From Leucoraja erinacea (lineage: Eukaryota), in contig NC_073392.1 in NCBI RefSeq assembly GCF_028641065.1, positions 24,180,001-24,244,000 of the forward strand: a stretch of 64,000 nucleotides of DNA, read 5' to 3'. Positions 25,399-38,334 of the stretch are shown piece by piece; within the stretch, counting starts at the first letter, position 1, and each line of letters opens with the position of its first letter. Below the pieces are notes generated by a model. It had not been told where the DNA came from. It searched no databases and worked only from the letters and a program-made list of their open reading frames with translations. Made by a program: the position numbers and the translations under genes.

Positions 25399-27070
25399 TG
25401 GATGTAGTTCCTGTCCAAAATAAAAACAATATCCTGAAACTCTCCCTGTTCAATTCACTTCTGTGTGTTTGGTCTTGTGACACAGAGGCTCACTCATAAC
25501 ACAGATCTGGCCCATCGGCCCACCGTCTCCACCTACCACACTTGTCAACACCAATCCCACCCACCCGCACTGTGACTCCTCTGCCTTCACCACTCAAGAA
25601 CGCGCAGAGGCTCCTGAAATGTAGGTGTTGCGGGGCAAGTGGATTAGTGTGGGATTGATACAGATTCGTCCGGGTCCAAGTTCTGGCCAGATTGTTGCAT
25701 CCTCCCCCTCACCCCGGCTCCGCAGCGCCCGGCCTCCGCCGCCTCTCCGGATGAAGCGAGAGACGGGCGCGGGTCGCGGGTGAGCGGAGCCGGGTGCCGG
25801 GAGTTGGCGGCTCGGCGGAGACAGGCCGCCACCGCCGCAGCCCAGGGTGAGTGCAGGGAAATCGAGGTCGGGGCTGCGGCCTAGTGTCCGGCCGAATTCC
25901 ACAAATTCATAGCGTCAGAAGGCAGTGGAGGCCGATTCATTGGATAGGAGGCAGCACCCGCTCCACAATAATTCAATGCAGGTACCTCGCTAGAGTTAGT
26001 TCTCAGCCCCCCCTACTATATTCCCTGTTCACTCACGACAGTGCGGCCAAATTCAGCTCTAACTCCATCTACAAGTTTGCAGCCGACACCACTGTGGTGG
26101 GTAGACACAAAATGCTGGAGTAACTCAGCGGGTGAGGCAGCATCTATGGAGAGAAGGAATTGGCGACGTTTCGGGTCGAGACCCTTCTTCACCTGATCAT
26201 GAACAAAGATGAGACGGAGTTCAAGAAGGAAACGTAGAACTTAGTGACACGGTATCAGGACATCAACCTCCCCCACGATGTCAGCGAGAGAAAGGAGCTA
26301 GTTATTGACCATGGGGAACTTGTCCCCGTCAGCACCAATGGTGACGTAGTGGAGATGGTCGAGAGCTTCAAGTTCCCATGTGTAAACATCACCAACAATC
26401 TGCCCAGGGACAACCACATTGAGGCTACGGCCACGAAAGCACATCAACGCCTCTACTTCCTCGGGAGACCAAGGAGGTTCGGCACGTCTCCAACGTCCCT
26501 TCCCAACGTCAACAGGTGCATCGTATCGGGATGCATCACAGCTCGGTTTGGGAGCAGCTCTGCCCAAGACCACAAGAAATCACAGCGAATTGTGGATGTA
26601 GCCCAGTCCGTCACACAGACCCGACTCCCCACCAGCGACTCCATCTACGCTTCACGCTGCCTCGGGAAAGCAGCCAACATCATCAAGGACCACTCACACC
26701 CCGGTCATTCCCTCTTCTCCCATTTGGTAGAAGATGCAGAAGCTTGAAAACACGCACAACCACATTCAGGAGCAGCCTCTTACCCGCTGTTATCACACAC
26801 TTGAATAGGGCTCACATAAACTACCAATGTTTTTTGAATCTTCCAATCTTCCTCATTCCGACTGTTGCACTTTATTCTCTGCACTTTGCACCTGTAACAT
26901 TATTTTCTGCACCCTGGTATTTTTCTCTTTGCGCTACCTGGTGTCCACGGGTATGTCATGATTGTACTCAGGTCTGGTATTATTTGACCATATCACGTAT
27001 CAACATTGTTGGCTGTGGTGGACGTGACATAACTAACAAGGTGGCCAGGGCGCAGCTTGTCCAGTGACCG

Positions 27071-28512
27071 ATGGCCTGGACGTGGTGTGACCCAGGGCGG
27101 CTGCCCGCATCCTACCCCATCTATGCCGCTCTCTGTTTGCTGTCGCTCACCTCCGTGGGCCAGGGCATTTTCCGCAAACCGGTCATGCCCCCGCTGGTGG
27201 AAGGGCAGCCCTTCCAGGTCTACTGGAACGTGCCCACGTCGCGCTGCAGCACCCACAGACGCGTCAACCTGCACTTGAACGACTTTGGTATTATAACCAA
27301 TAGAAATGAGAGGTTTATTGGAGAGATAATCACGGTATTTTATTCTGAGCGGTTGGGGCATTATCCTTCTTATTACGACGAGGATCCCGAAAATGGGGGG
27401 CTCCCCCAGAACATGAGCCTGAAGGAACACCTGCGTCAGGCCAGGGTAGACATCCACAACTACCTATCCAAGGACTACGCGGGGATGGCGGTGATAGAGT
27501 GGGTGGATTGGCGCCCCCTGTACGCAAGGAACACGGGCGACAGGAAAGTCTACCAGACAAAATCAATGGAGCTTGTCCGGGGGAGGAACCCCCGATGGAA
27601 TCAAAGCCAGGTCGAAGCTGAAGCTAAGAGGGATTTTGACCAGGCGGCTAGAATCTACATGAGCTCTTCCCTGAGGCTGGGCCAGTCGATGCGACCGAAG
27701 GCCTACTGGGGATTCGCACTCTTCCCGGATTGCTACAACGGCAACTACGGGGAAGAGTTCCCCACGTACGACGGCCACTGCCCAGATATCGAGATCAAGC
27801 GCAACAATGAGCTGACGTGGATGTGGACTCAGAGCTCTGCCCTCTTCCCGTCCGTCTACCTGGAGGAGGCACTCCATTCGGAGCGCGGCAAACTCTACGC
27901 CAGATACCGGATAAAGGAAGCCATACGTGTGGCTTTGCTGACCAAAGAGGAATACGCTCCGCCCGTTTACATCTACTGCCGCTCCCACTACATAAACAGC
28001 AGAACCCTCACGCCCCTCAAGGAGGTGAGTAGAGGCCGTGCACCTGGCCAGCGTTCCCTTGCAACTCCATAGCCGCTGCCCCCCCCCCCCCCCCCCCCCG
28101 TCCGCTCTGATGGTCATTGAGCGGAAACGTTGATTACCCCCCCCCCCCTCACAGTTGTAGAGAGTAATGTCGTCCACCGTCCCTCCCTCCCTCCCTCCGT
28201 CCCTCCCTCCCTTTCCCCCCCTCTCCTCCTTCTCCCCACTCTCCATCCCTCTCCATCTCCCCCTCTCCCTCTCCCTCTCCCCTCTCTCCCTCCCTCTCCC
28301 CCTCTCCATCTCCCCATCTCTCCCTCTCTCTCTCTCTCTCTCGTCGAGTCGGCCTCGTGAGGAGCATGTTTCCGTGCATGTTCGTGTCTCTAACTGCGTG
28401 GGTCAACATCTGTATCACAGTCCCCACTGGCCACTGAGTCCACATCTGGCTACCTCAGACAGCAGGACCGTGATGGTCCGAATGGCGTCAGGTCCCGCTC
28501 CGGCCGTTGCTG

Positions 28513-28547
<35 letters not shown>

Positions 28548-29358
28548 GGTAAGCGGAGCCGATGGGGCGGGGAGATCCGACCCGCAGCCGCCACCTGCTC
28601 CAACTTGCAGTTCGTTTGCAGATTGATCTGGTCCGCACTCTGGGCGAGAGCGCAGCGATGGGGGCGAGCGGAGCCATTCTGTGGGGGGTCCATCGACTTC
28701 TCCCAAAACAAGGTAAGCGCTCCCTCACTGCCCCTCCCACAGTGCGGCGCTCCCTCACTGCCCCTCCCTCAGTGCGGCGCTCCCTCAGTACATCGTAACT
28801 CGACGTCGGGAGGGGGGGGGGGGGGGGGGGGGGCTGTGGGCCTGGGCTCGGGGGGGGTGTGGGGGGGGGGGGGGGGGGGGGGGGGAGGGGGGGGGGAGTG
28901 GGATGCCGAGGTTTCGCGGATGGTGCGGCGGATAACTGTCCTGCTGCGCTCGTTGTTGGCAGGCAAGCTGCCAGGCCGTGCACAAACAAGTGCAGAATGT
29001 GTTGGGGCCGTACATCCTGAACCTGACGGCGGCCGTGCGGAGCTGCAGCTTAACACTGTGCGCCAACCACGGCCGCTGCTTTCGCCGCAACGCCGAGGAG
29101 GATGTGTTCCTGCACTTGAACAGCAAGTCGTTCCGCATCCTGAAGCGCAGCAAGGCGGGCGGCGGCAAGGTTTACATCAAGGGCCGGGCGAGTCTGTTGG
29201 ACAAGAGGGATTACAAATCCCACTTCCAGTGTCAGTGTTACCGGGGCTGGAACGGCGTCCGATGCAGCCGCTACAGAAAGCCCTCCGCGTCCTGTCGAGC
29301 CGAGACCTCCCCGCTCACACTTGTCCTCGTCCTGCTCCTGAGCCTTCTCCTCATATGA
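27071..29358 (+). CDS. Hyaluronidase-like paralog E, predicted non-catalytic; exons 27071-28024, 28622-28712, 28963-29358
   Basis: EWVDW instead of DWEDW (27497-27505), WGFA, RNT; middle exon is 91 nt because of one extra G in a G-run at 28683-28688 (possible homopolymer error). Confidence 0.8.
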
Positions 29359-29619
29359 AGGCTGTACTTCCTGTCGAAAATAAAGACAATTTCCTGAAAC
29401 TCACCCTGTTGACTGTTGTTCACGCGTGTTTGGTCTTGTGGCACAGAGGCTCACTCACAGCACAGATCTGGCCTTTCGGCCCACCATCTCCACCTGTCAC
29501 ACTTGTCAACACTGATCCCACCCACCCGCACTGTGACTCCTCTGCCTTCACCACTCAAGAACGCGCAGAGGCTCCTGAAATGTAGGTGTTGCGGGGCAAA
29601 TGGATTAGGGTGGGGTTGA

Positions 29620-29950
29620 TGCAGGGCTGTGGGAGAGAGCGGGCAGTGGGATTAGTGTTGGATTGTTACGGGGCTGTGGGAGAGAGCGGGCAGTGGGATT
29701 AGTGTTGGATTGTTACGGGGCTGTGGGAGAGAGCGGGCAGTGGGATTAGCGTGGGTTAATGCAGGGGTGTGGGAGAGAGCGGGCAGTGGGATTAGCGTGG
29801 GGTTAATGCAGGGCTGTGGGAGAGAGCGGGCAGTGGGATTAGTGTGGGATTGTTACGGGGCTGTGGGAGAGAGCGGGCAGTGGGATTAGCGTGGGGTTAA
29901 TGCGGGGCTGTGGGAGAGAGCGGGCAGTGGGATTAGTGTGGGATTGCTAC
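29620..29950 (+). repeat. 47-bp minisatellite (7 copies; 2 copies at the paralogous site 15551-15650)
   Basis: ggggctgtgggagagagcgggcagtgggattagtgttggattgttac. Confidence 0.85.
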
Positions 29951-32439
29951 AGTGCTGTGGATAGAGACGACACGAATTGAGGGTCTCTCAAGGTGCTGCT
30001 GTGCCGTACGTTCCGATAATATTGGCACAAAGCGCCCAGTGAAGAGCCGGGATGACCGAGGTGATGAGGGGGTTTCAGGGTGCTGCAAGACGTGGGAGGG
30101 TGGGACTTCCTGACACTGGGGATGTTTGGGTGGGTTGAGATGGACCCGCTGTGCGGCTGCCGCGTGGACCAGCAGCAGCTCTGCAGGTCTTGGCCGGACA
30201 CCGTCATCAACGATGCCGACACTTCACCCAAACTACTCAGCGTCTACAGGTGTACGGTAGGGAGCACACTGACTGGTTGCATCACAGCCTGGCTCAGTAA
30301 CTTGAACGCCCAGGAATGAAGGATACTACAGAGAGTGGTGGACGCTGCCCGGTCCATCACTGGTACTGACTTCCCCACCATCGAAGGGATCTACGGGAGG
30401 CGCTACCCCCTCTACAGGAACTGTACATTGGAAGTTGCAACTCTAGAGCCAATAAAATCATGGGAGACCCTGTTCCAGCCCTGCAACGGACTGTTCCAGC
30501 TGCCACGGTCAGGCAAACGCCTCCGTGCCCATGCTGTGACAACGATAAGGTTGAGAAGGAGTTTCTTCCCAGAAGCCATTAGGACTGTAAACTCCTACCT
30601 CACCAGGGACTAACTTTACTGTACCACTCTACTGCTTTTTTCTTAATTGCTGTTTTTTTTCCTTTTTCCTTCCTCCCACAATATGTAATATGTAAAAGAA
30701 TATGTGATTCTGTTCCATTCTGGTTGTTGTTTGTTTGTTTTTTTGCACAATACGTGAGCATTGCCACTTTTCATTTCCCTGCACATCTCGTATGTGTATG
30801 TGGCGAATAAACGTGACTTGCCTCAAAAAGGCAGCCAGCATCATCACAGACCCACACCACGCTGTCCACACTCAACTAATCGGATAGAAGGTACAGGAGC
30901 CTGAAAACCGTGACCTCCAGGTTCATGAACAGCTTCTTCCTAGCAACCACCAGGCACTTTGAAACAGAAACATAGAAAATAGGTGCAGGAGTAGGCCATT
31001 CGGCCCTTCGAGCCTGCACCGCCATTCAATATGATCATGGCTGATCATCCAACTCAGTACCGTGTACCTGCCTTCTCTCCATACCCCCTGATCCCTTTAG
31101 CCACAAGGGCCACATCTAACTCCCTCTTAAATATAGCAAATGAACTGGCCTCAACTACCTTCTGTGGCAGAGAATTCCACAGATTCACCATTCTCTGTGT
31201 AAAAAAAGATTTTCTCATGTCGGTCCTAAAAGACTTCCCCCTTATCCTTAAACATCACACGCCGCAGCACTCGTGAGTAAGACAAGGCAGCGCCTTTACC
31301 ACCTCAGGCAATTGAGGAAATTCAGAGTGTCTCCGAGGATCCTCCAGTGCTTCTACTCAGGGGCTGTGGAAAGCATCTTGACTTGACTTGTTCTGGACTT
31401 CCCCAACATCGGGAATAATCTTCCTGCATCTAGCCTGTCCAACCCCTTAAGAATTTTGTACGTTTCTATAAGATCCCCCCTCAATCTTCTGAATTCTAGC
31501 GAGTACAAGCCGAGTCTATCCAGTCTTTCTTCATATGAAAGTCCTGCCATCCCAGGAATCAGTCTGGTGAACCTTCTCTGTACTCCCTCTATGGCAAGAA
31601 TGTCTTTCCTCAGATTAGGAGACCAAAACTGTACGCAATACTCCAGGTGTGGTCTCACCAAGACCCTGTACGACTGGTTGCACCACGCATTATTTATTAA
31701 TTTCTGGCATTACTGATTATTATATTTGTATCGGTGTGTTGTGTTCACTCGCTTGTTAAGTCAGGGAAGCAAGATTGGCATTGTTCCGTTGGCGGTGCAG
31801 ACGAGATTTCAACGGTCCCGACTGCAACGCCGCCTCTCCGGAGCTTGCGCTGACCAGCAGCCGTTCGTCACCATCAGCTGCTGCCGGCCCACGCTTCCTC
31901 TTCGCCGGGGTGGGGACACTGGCCTTTCCTTCCTGTCCTTTGTGCTCAGGCTGAGGCAGGCGAGCGCGATCGAGTCGTCAAATTTAAAAATTCCTCCGGG
32001 TCCAAGTTCTGGCCAAACAGTTGCATCTTGGGGTGGAGCTGGTGCAGAGAGAGGTAGTGAGAGAGAGACGGTGGAGATAGATAGTGAGAGACAGATAGAT
32101 AGATAGATAGTGAGGGAGAGATAGACAGAGGACTAGAGACAATGCTACAACCCACCCCAAATATCCCTGTGGTCACAGTGAAGTGCGGATACTCACCCAC
32201 CCCGAATATCCCTCATCCCTCGCCATTCCCTACCCTCTTCTCCTAAACACCCCCCCCACCCTCCACCCGCTATCCCCTAAACACCCCCCCCCCCACCCCC
32301 CCACCCGCTATCCCCTAAACACCCCCCCTCCCCCCACCCCCCCTCCCCCCACCCTCCACCCGCTATCCCCTCCCCCTCACTCCTCAACCCCCCGTCCTCG
32401 AGTCAGTACAGTGAGGGAGCGCCGCACAGTGGGGGGGGG

Positions 32440-32780
32440 GGGGGGGGTCGGTGCTGAGGGAGCGGCTCACGGTCTGTGCCGGAGGCGGGGTTTAACGTGA
32501 CCGGCGGCGCTCCTCCCCCTTCCCCCTCTCCCCGGCTCAGCAGCGCCCGGCCTCCGCCGCCTCTCCAGATGAAGCGAGAGACGGGCGCGGGTCGCGGGTG
32601 AGCGGAGACAGGCCGCCGCCGCCGCCGCAGCCCAGGGTGAGTGCAGAGAAATCGAGGTCGGGGCTGCGGCCTGGTGCCCGGCCGAGCCCGGGGCGGGTCC
32701 ACGTGACTTCCTCCGGCCACGGGATCTTGTGCTGGCCACTCGGCCCTTTTGTGTGCGGCTGGCCGTGGGGGTGAGTCGGC
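32440..32780 (+). promoter_or_regulatory. CpG-rich HYAL2 promoter / non-coding first exon
   Basis: GC box gggcgg, E-box ccacgtgac and ETS-like cttcc at 32690-32712; donor-like gtgagt at 32637 and 32771. Confidence 0.55.
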
Positions 32781-33154
32781 GGGGGTGGAGGAGCTCCGGG
32801 GGAGGATATCTGTCGGCCGCGGCCTGAGATCGGCCGAATGCCGGCGGATCGACCAGCGGCTGCGGGGGAAGGTCGGCCGGAGCCCGGCCAGAGGCGACAG
32901 GAGGTGGGGGTGACAGGACGGGGCGACAGGAGGGGGGGAGTAAGGGACGCGGGGGACCTTCAGTCTCAGCTCCCTGGATTACCAGACTCGAGGCAGACAC
33001 GGAGTGCTCGAGTAACTCAGTGGGTCAGGCAGCTTCTCTGGAGAAAATGGATAGCTGACGTTTCGGGCCGCGACCTTGTACACTGATTGTTGTTGGGGCG
33101 GGGTGGGAAGAAACCTGGGAGAAAGCGGGGTGGTGGGAGGGAGGGAATGAGAAG

Positions 33155-33194
<40 letters not shown>

Positions 33195-34309
33195 CAGACA
33201 GACAGACGCACACACACACACAGTGCTGGAGTAACTCAGCGGGTCAGGCAGCATCTCTGGAGAACATGGATAGCTGACATTGTCAGCTGACTTCTTCAGA
33301 CTGAAGTCAGGTTCAGAATTTTCGCCCTCTCCTCCTCACTCTCCATCCACCCGGGAGAGCACTCTCATCCCCGCAGAGCCCCCCCCCCCCCCCCGTCCCT
33401 CACCACCGCCCTGACCTCCATTTACTTATCACATCCCCGGTCTCCCTTGAGTCCTGAGCCGCAGCCGCCCATCCGCCCGCTGCAATTCGCTGGCTGGCGA
33501 TAAGCGCTTCCATGCCGCTGTGTCTTGCTCCACTTCCGCAGACGCTGCGCTTTCCTGTTGGGATTTGGTGCCTCGCGGAGGGTATTTTTGTCAAAAGTTT
33601 CACAGATTGTCTTTAAACGCCGGACGTTTGCTGCCCGCTCACTTCACCAGGTACCCGCTCCGTGAGCCGAGAAATCCCGGAACAGTGTCTGAGGGGCTGG
33701 AACGGAGAGTCCCCGCGGCCTGAAAGCCCCCCTCACCCCTCACCCTGGGGTAGGAATCGAGGGCAGTGCCGGGAGGAAAGTTTGTGGGAGAGGGAGTGAG
33801 ATTGGGTGGAGAAGGGGGAGAGAGACTCAGGGAATCAAGGAGGGGCGATGGGAGAGGAGGCGAGAGACGGGTGGGCGAGAGTCTGGGGGGGGGGGGGGGG
33901 AGAGAAGGTGGGGATGAGGTTTGGGAGACGGAGGTGGGAGGCAGGGTGGGCGCGGGGAGAGAGCGACAGGTGGAGAAGGGTGGGAAATGGAGGGAAGAAG
34001 AGGGGCGGGAGAAGGGAGAGGAACTGGGGATGGAGAGGAGGAGTAGGGGCAATGCGGGAGCCGTTGTGTGGATAGGGCAAATTAACTGGGTGCGAAGGAG
34101 GGGACGAGAGGGTGTGTGGAGGTGGGAGTAGGAGAAGGGAGCCGGGTGCGGGAGAGGGGTTGGGGAGCGCGGGAGGGAGGAGGAAGACGGTGGGTTGCGG
34201 GGCCCAGGCGGAATGAGCAGGGCTGAGCTCCGAGCCTTCAGTGACCGGGCTGCCGTTGTTGTGTTGCAGGGCGCGGAGCGGATCAGGCGGAGAGGCGGCT
34301 GTGATCGCC

Positions 34310-36272
34310 ATGGGTCAGCGGACTGCTCGCCTTGCCCGGACAGCCACCTGCGTCGTGGCCCTGTGGGCCGTTGCGGCCGGCAGCGCCCGGGAGCTGCGGC
34401 AGACGACGGCTTTCGCGGGGCAGCCGTTCATCACCGTGTGGAACGCGCCGACGCACGACTGCGACCGGTACTCGGTGCCGCTCGACCTCAGCCTCTTCGA
34501 CATGGTGGCCTCGCCCAACGAGGGTTTCTACGACCAGCAACTGACCATCTTCTACAAGGATCGGCTGGGCCAGTACCCGCACTACGCGGACGGCGGCCCG
34601 GTGCACGGCGGGGTCCCGCAGAACGCCAGCCTCCACCTGCATCTGGCGCAACTCGAGCGCGACGTGCAGCGCTACATGCGGTCGCGGGAGCGCGCAGGGC
34701 TAGCAGTGATTGACTGGGAGGAATGGCGGCCGCTATGGATCCGTAACTGGCAGGGGAAGCAGGTGTACCGGGACCGCTCGCTGGCGCTGGTGCAGGAGCA
34801 CCACTCGGACTGGGATGCTGCACAGCGAGCTCGCCAGGCTCAGTTTGAGTTCGAGCAGGCGGCGCGGAAGTTCATGATCAGCACCCTGCAGAGAGCGCGC
34901 AATAAGCGGCCCCGCAGCCTCTGGGGCTTCTACCTCTTCCCGGACTGTTACAACCACGGCTACGCGGGCGGCGCCGGCAACTATACCGGCCACTGCCCCG
35001 ACGTGGAGGTGTCGCGGAACGACCTGCTGGCGTGGCTGTGGGCCGGTAGCACCGCTCTCTACCCCTCCATCTACCTGGCGAGCTCCCTTCGCGGTACGCC
35101 TGCCGCCCGCAGCTTCGTGCGGTCCCGGTTGCGGGAGGCGCTGCGGGTGGCGCGCGAACACGGCCGCGAAGGGGCGCTCCCCGTCTTCGTGTACTCGCGT
35201 CCCAGCTACAGCCACACCACCGAGCTACTGACACAGGTGAGACGGGCCTGGGGCACCCAACTCCCGGCACCCACCGCCCGGGCACCCATCGCCCGGGCAC
35301 CCATCACCCGGGCACCCGTCACCCGGGCACCCATCACCCGGGCACCCATCACCCGGGCACCCATCACCCATCACCCGTCACCCGGGCACCCATCACCCGG
35401 GCACCCATCACCCGGGCACCCATCACCCGGGCACCCATCACCCGGGCACCCATCACCCATCACCCGTCACCCGGGCACCCATCACCCGGGCTCCCATCGC
35501 ACCGGGCACCCGTCACCCGGGCACCCATCTCCCACGCACCCATCACCCGTCACCCGGGCACCTATCACCCACGCACCCATCACCCACGCACCCATCACCC
35601 GGACACCCAGCACCCGGGCACCCATCGCCCGGGCACCCATCACCCGGGCACCCATCACCCGGGACACCCATCACCCGGGCAGTCATCACTCGGGGCACTC
35701 AACGCAGGGCGAAGGGGTGGTGCGGAATGTGGGGGGTAAACGAAAGTGTGGGGGAGGGGATGAGGCTGGGAGAGGGTGGGGAGGGGATAGTGTAAGTGGG
35801 GGGGTTTGTAGAGGGGAGCGTTCTCTGACCCACTCCTTCCTTCCTTCTGTGAGCAGCAAGACCTGGTCACCACGGTGGGGGAAACGGCCGCGCTGGGAGC
35901 CGCCGGCATCATCTTCTGGGGCGACACAGATTACAGCAACAGTGCGGTGAGAGTCAACACCCCTAAACCCCTCCTTCCACATCTCCCCCATCCTACCCCA
36001 ACCCCCAACCCCCCTCCTCCTCACATCCCTTCCGCCACATCCACTGCACCCCTCCCCCACCCATGACCTAACCCCTTCCTCCCCCACCCATGACCTCTCC
36101 CCAAACCCCTTTCCACCTCCCATCCGCCGCCTCCATATCCACCTCCCCTTCCCAGAATGGCGGATGGTTTGGGGACAGAGATGGTGTTCGTGTCGGGGTG
36201 GTTCAGGGATGATGATGTGGGTCACGGTCAGGTCGGGGTTGGAGAGTCCGGCTGGGTCGCGGGTCGCGTGAT

Positions 36273-36312
<40 letters not shown>

Positions 36313-37029
36313 CAGATGTCAAGATGGATTTGGGATCATGGTCGGGTTGGTGGTCGAGGGTTTGTTTGGGATCAGAGGTTGGTTGATTGAGGTTGGTGTG
36401 GGGGTAGAGGTCGGTTGGGGCTAGTGGTCAGGGTAGATTTGGGGTCAGGGGTCGGGTTGGGGTTAGATGTTAGGGTCGGGAGTCGGTTCAGTGTCGGGAG
36501 CCAGGTTGTTATTGAGGTCAGTTTGAGGGAGGGGGTCGGGTTGGGGTCAGGGGACAGATCGGGGTCAGGGGACAGATCGGGGTTAGAGGTCGGATCGGGG
36601 TCAGGGGTCGGGCTTCCATGGTCAACTCCGACCTCTGTGCCGCAGGAGCGCTGCCGGATGATGAGCGATTACCTGTCCGGGGACTTGGGCCGTTACCTGC
36701 TGAACGTCACCTCGGCGACCCGGCAGTGCAGCCGCTTCCTGTGCGCGGGCAACGGGCGCTGCGAGCGGAGGAACAGCGAGGCCGACACCTACCTACACCT
36801 GAGCCCCTACAGCTTCCGCATCGAGGCGGCGCCGGGCCCGGGAGGCGGGCTGCGGGTGACCGGCGTCCTCTCGCAGAGCGACAAGGCCGCGCTACAGCTG
36901 GACTTCCAGTGCCGCTGTTTCCATGGCTGGAGGGGCCAGCGCTGCGACGTGGGGACGAGCGGCGGCTCTCTCACCCTGCCCTCCGCCCTAGCCCCCATCA
37001 TCGCCCTCCTGCTCTCGCTCGCAATGTAG
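34310..37029 (+). CDS. HYAL2: Hyaluronidase-2; exons 34310-35236, 35857-35946, 36646-37029 (466 aa)
   Basis: WNAPTHDC, ASPNEGF, TIFYKDRLG, DWEEWRPLWIRNWQGKQVYR and QAQFEFE match HYAL2; 90-nt middle exon; GPI-type C-terminus; acceptor at 34269 implies a non-coding first exon. Confidence 0.9.
35265..35680 (+). repeat. 15-bp minisatellite (cccgggcacccatca)n in a HYAL2 intron
   Basis: Roughly 25 or more degenerate copies; translates as RAPIT / GHPSP. Confidence 0.9.
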
Positions 37030-38315
37030 AAGCGAGGACGCAGGCCCTCCCCCCTCTCACCCACCCACTCCCCTAGCACCCTCTCCCCGTCCTCTCCCCT
37101 CCCCCACCCCCCTCCATTCCCCTCCCACCCTCGCCACTACCCTCTCACCCTTTCCCCACCCTCACCTTCCTCCGGCCCCTTCTCTCCCCCCCTGGCCCTT
37201 TTCCATCCCCTCTCGCCATCTCCCTCTGACACCCCTCCCCACTCCCCTCCTGCCCCCTCCTGCTCTCCTTTCACTCCCCTCTGCCCCCTCTCTGTCCCCC
37301 CCGCCCCCCCCCCCCCCCCCGATCCGATCGAACCTCGTGTCAAGGACAGTATTTAAATATATTTGCAGCCAAAGATTACCGTGAAGTATCAGCGCCCGGC
37401 TGTGGATCTGTGGTCTAGGAGCATTGCTGCCCGGTGTCACGAGAGCCCGCGTTCCCCGGGGCACGCCCGCTCTCCCAAGAGCTGGCGCGGTGGATTGTCA
37501 ATTATTGTCAGTCAGTAAAGGTCGTTTCCTGGCGCCAAAGACACCGGGCTCGGTTATCGAGACCTGGCGGCGAAAAGGCGGCCGTTGCTGGGGACGGTCG
37601 CGGCTCGGAGTCGGTGGGGAGCGGGGTGCGGCTCCCGGTCTGACAATGAACAGCGTTCAACACGGCCACTGGTGTCAATGTCCGCCAGAGGAAGGTGTAC
37701 AGCCGGGTACAATAACAGTATTATAAATGTATTTGGCCGCATAGATACGAGAGAGGGAGACGGACATGGTGGAATAAATGGGACTAGAGCAGATAGGCAG
37801 CGGGGTCAGCAGGGGTGAGGTGGACCGAATGGCTCGTTTCAGTCTGTACCATTCTGACCGTCTCGCTCTGAATCAGACGTAAACCATAGGAAGCAGCGAG
37901 CGGAGTAATTCAGTGGGTCAGGCAGCGTCTGTGGAGGGAATGGACAGGAGGCGTTTGGGGTCGGGACCCTTCTCCAGACTGCAAGCCCCTCGCTCATTCC
38001 CATCCAATCTCATCTCACTGCATCTGAGCTTTACGAGCGACTTCTTAAATTCGTGACAAAAAGTGCTGGAGTAACTCAGCCGGTCAGGCAGCATCTCTGG
38101 AGAACATGGATAGGCGACCCTCCTTCAGTCTCGGATCCTGGCCCGAAACGTCACCTGCCCGACACGCGGAGTTTCTCCAGCATTTTGTGTCCCTTTGTGC
38201 ATTAACCAGCATCTGCACTTGTTTGTTTCCACTTCTTCAATTCTGGAACCTGCTCTTCGAGAAGATCTGAGGAACTGCCGCCCTCGGCGTCGTTTCGGCG
38301 CCCGGGAGTTTTGAC

Positions 38316-38334
38316 CAAAGATCTTAGATCTTTG
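38316..38334. mobile_element. 19-bp TIR-TIR transposon scar
   Basis: caaagatcttagatctttg between perfect gttttgac repeats. Confidence 0.75.

Noticed and set aside
28167-29585. 472-aa ORF and similar Pro/Gly-rich ORFs across the array
   Set aside because: Off-frame reads through CT-rich repeats, C/G homopolymers and hyaluronidase exons
29620-29950. CRISPR-like periodicity
   Set aside because: Head-to-tail minisatellite with no unique spacers, no cas genes and a eukaryotic context
31820-31885. QPFVTI-like peptide suggesting another hyaluronidase relic
   Set aside because: Match of only about 18 nt with no WNxP continuation
34241-35950. 569-aa ORF suggesting a HYAL2 isoform with a RAPIT/GHPSP mucin-like repeat tail
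   Set aside because: It reads through a canonical donor at 35237 into a stop-free 15-bp intronic minisatellite; normal exons 2 and 3 follow
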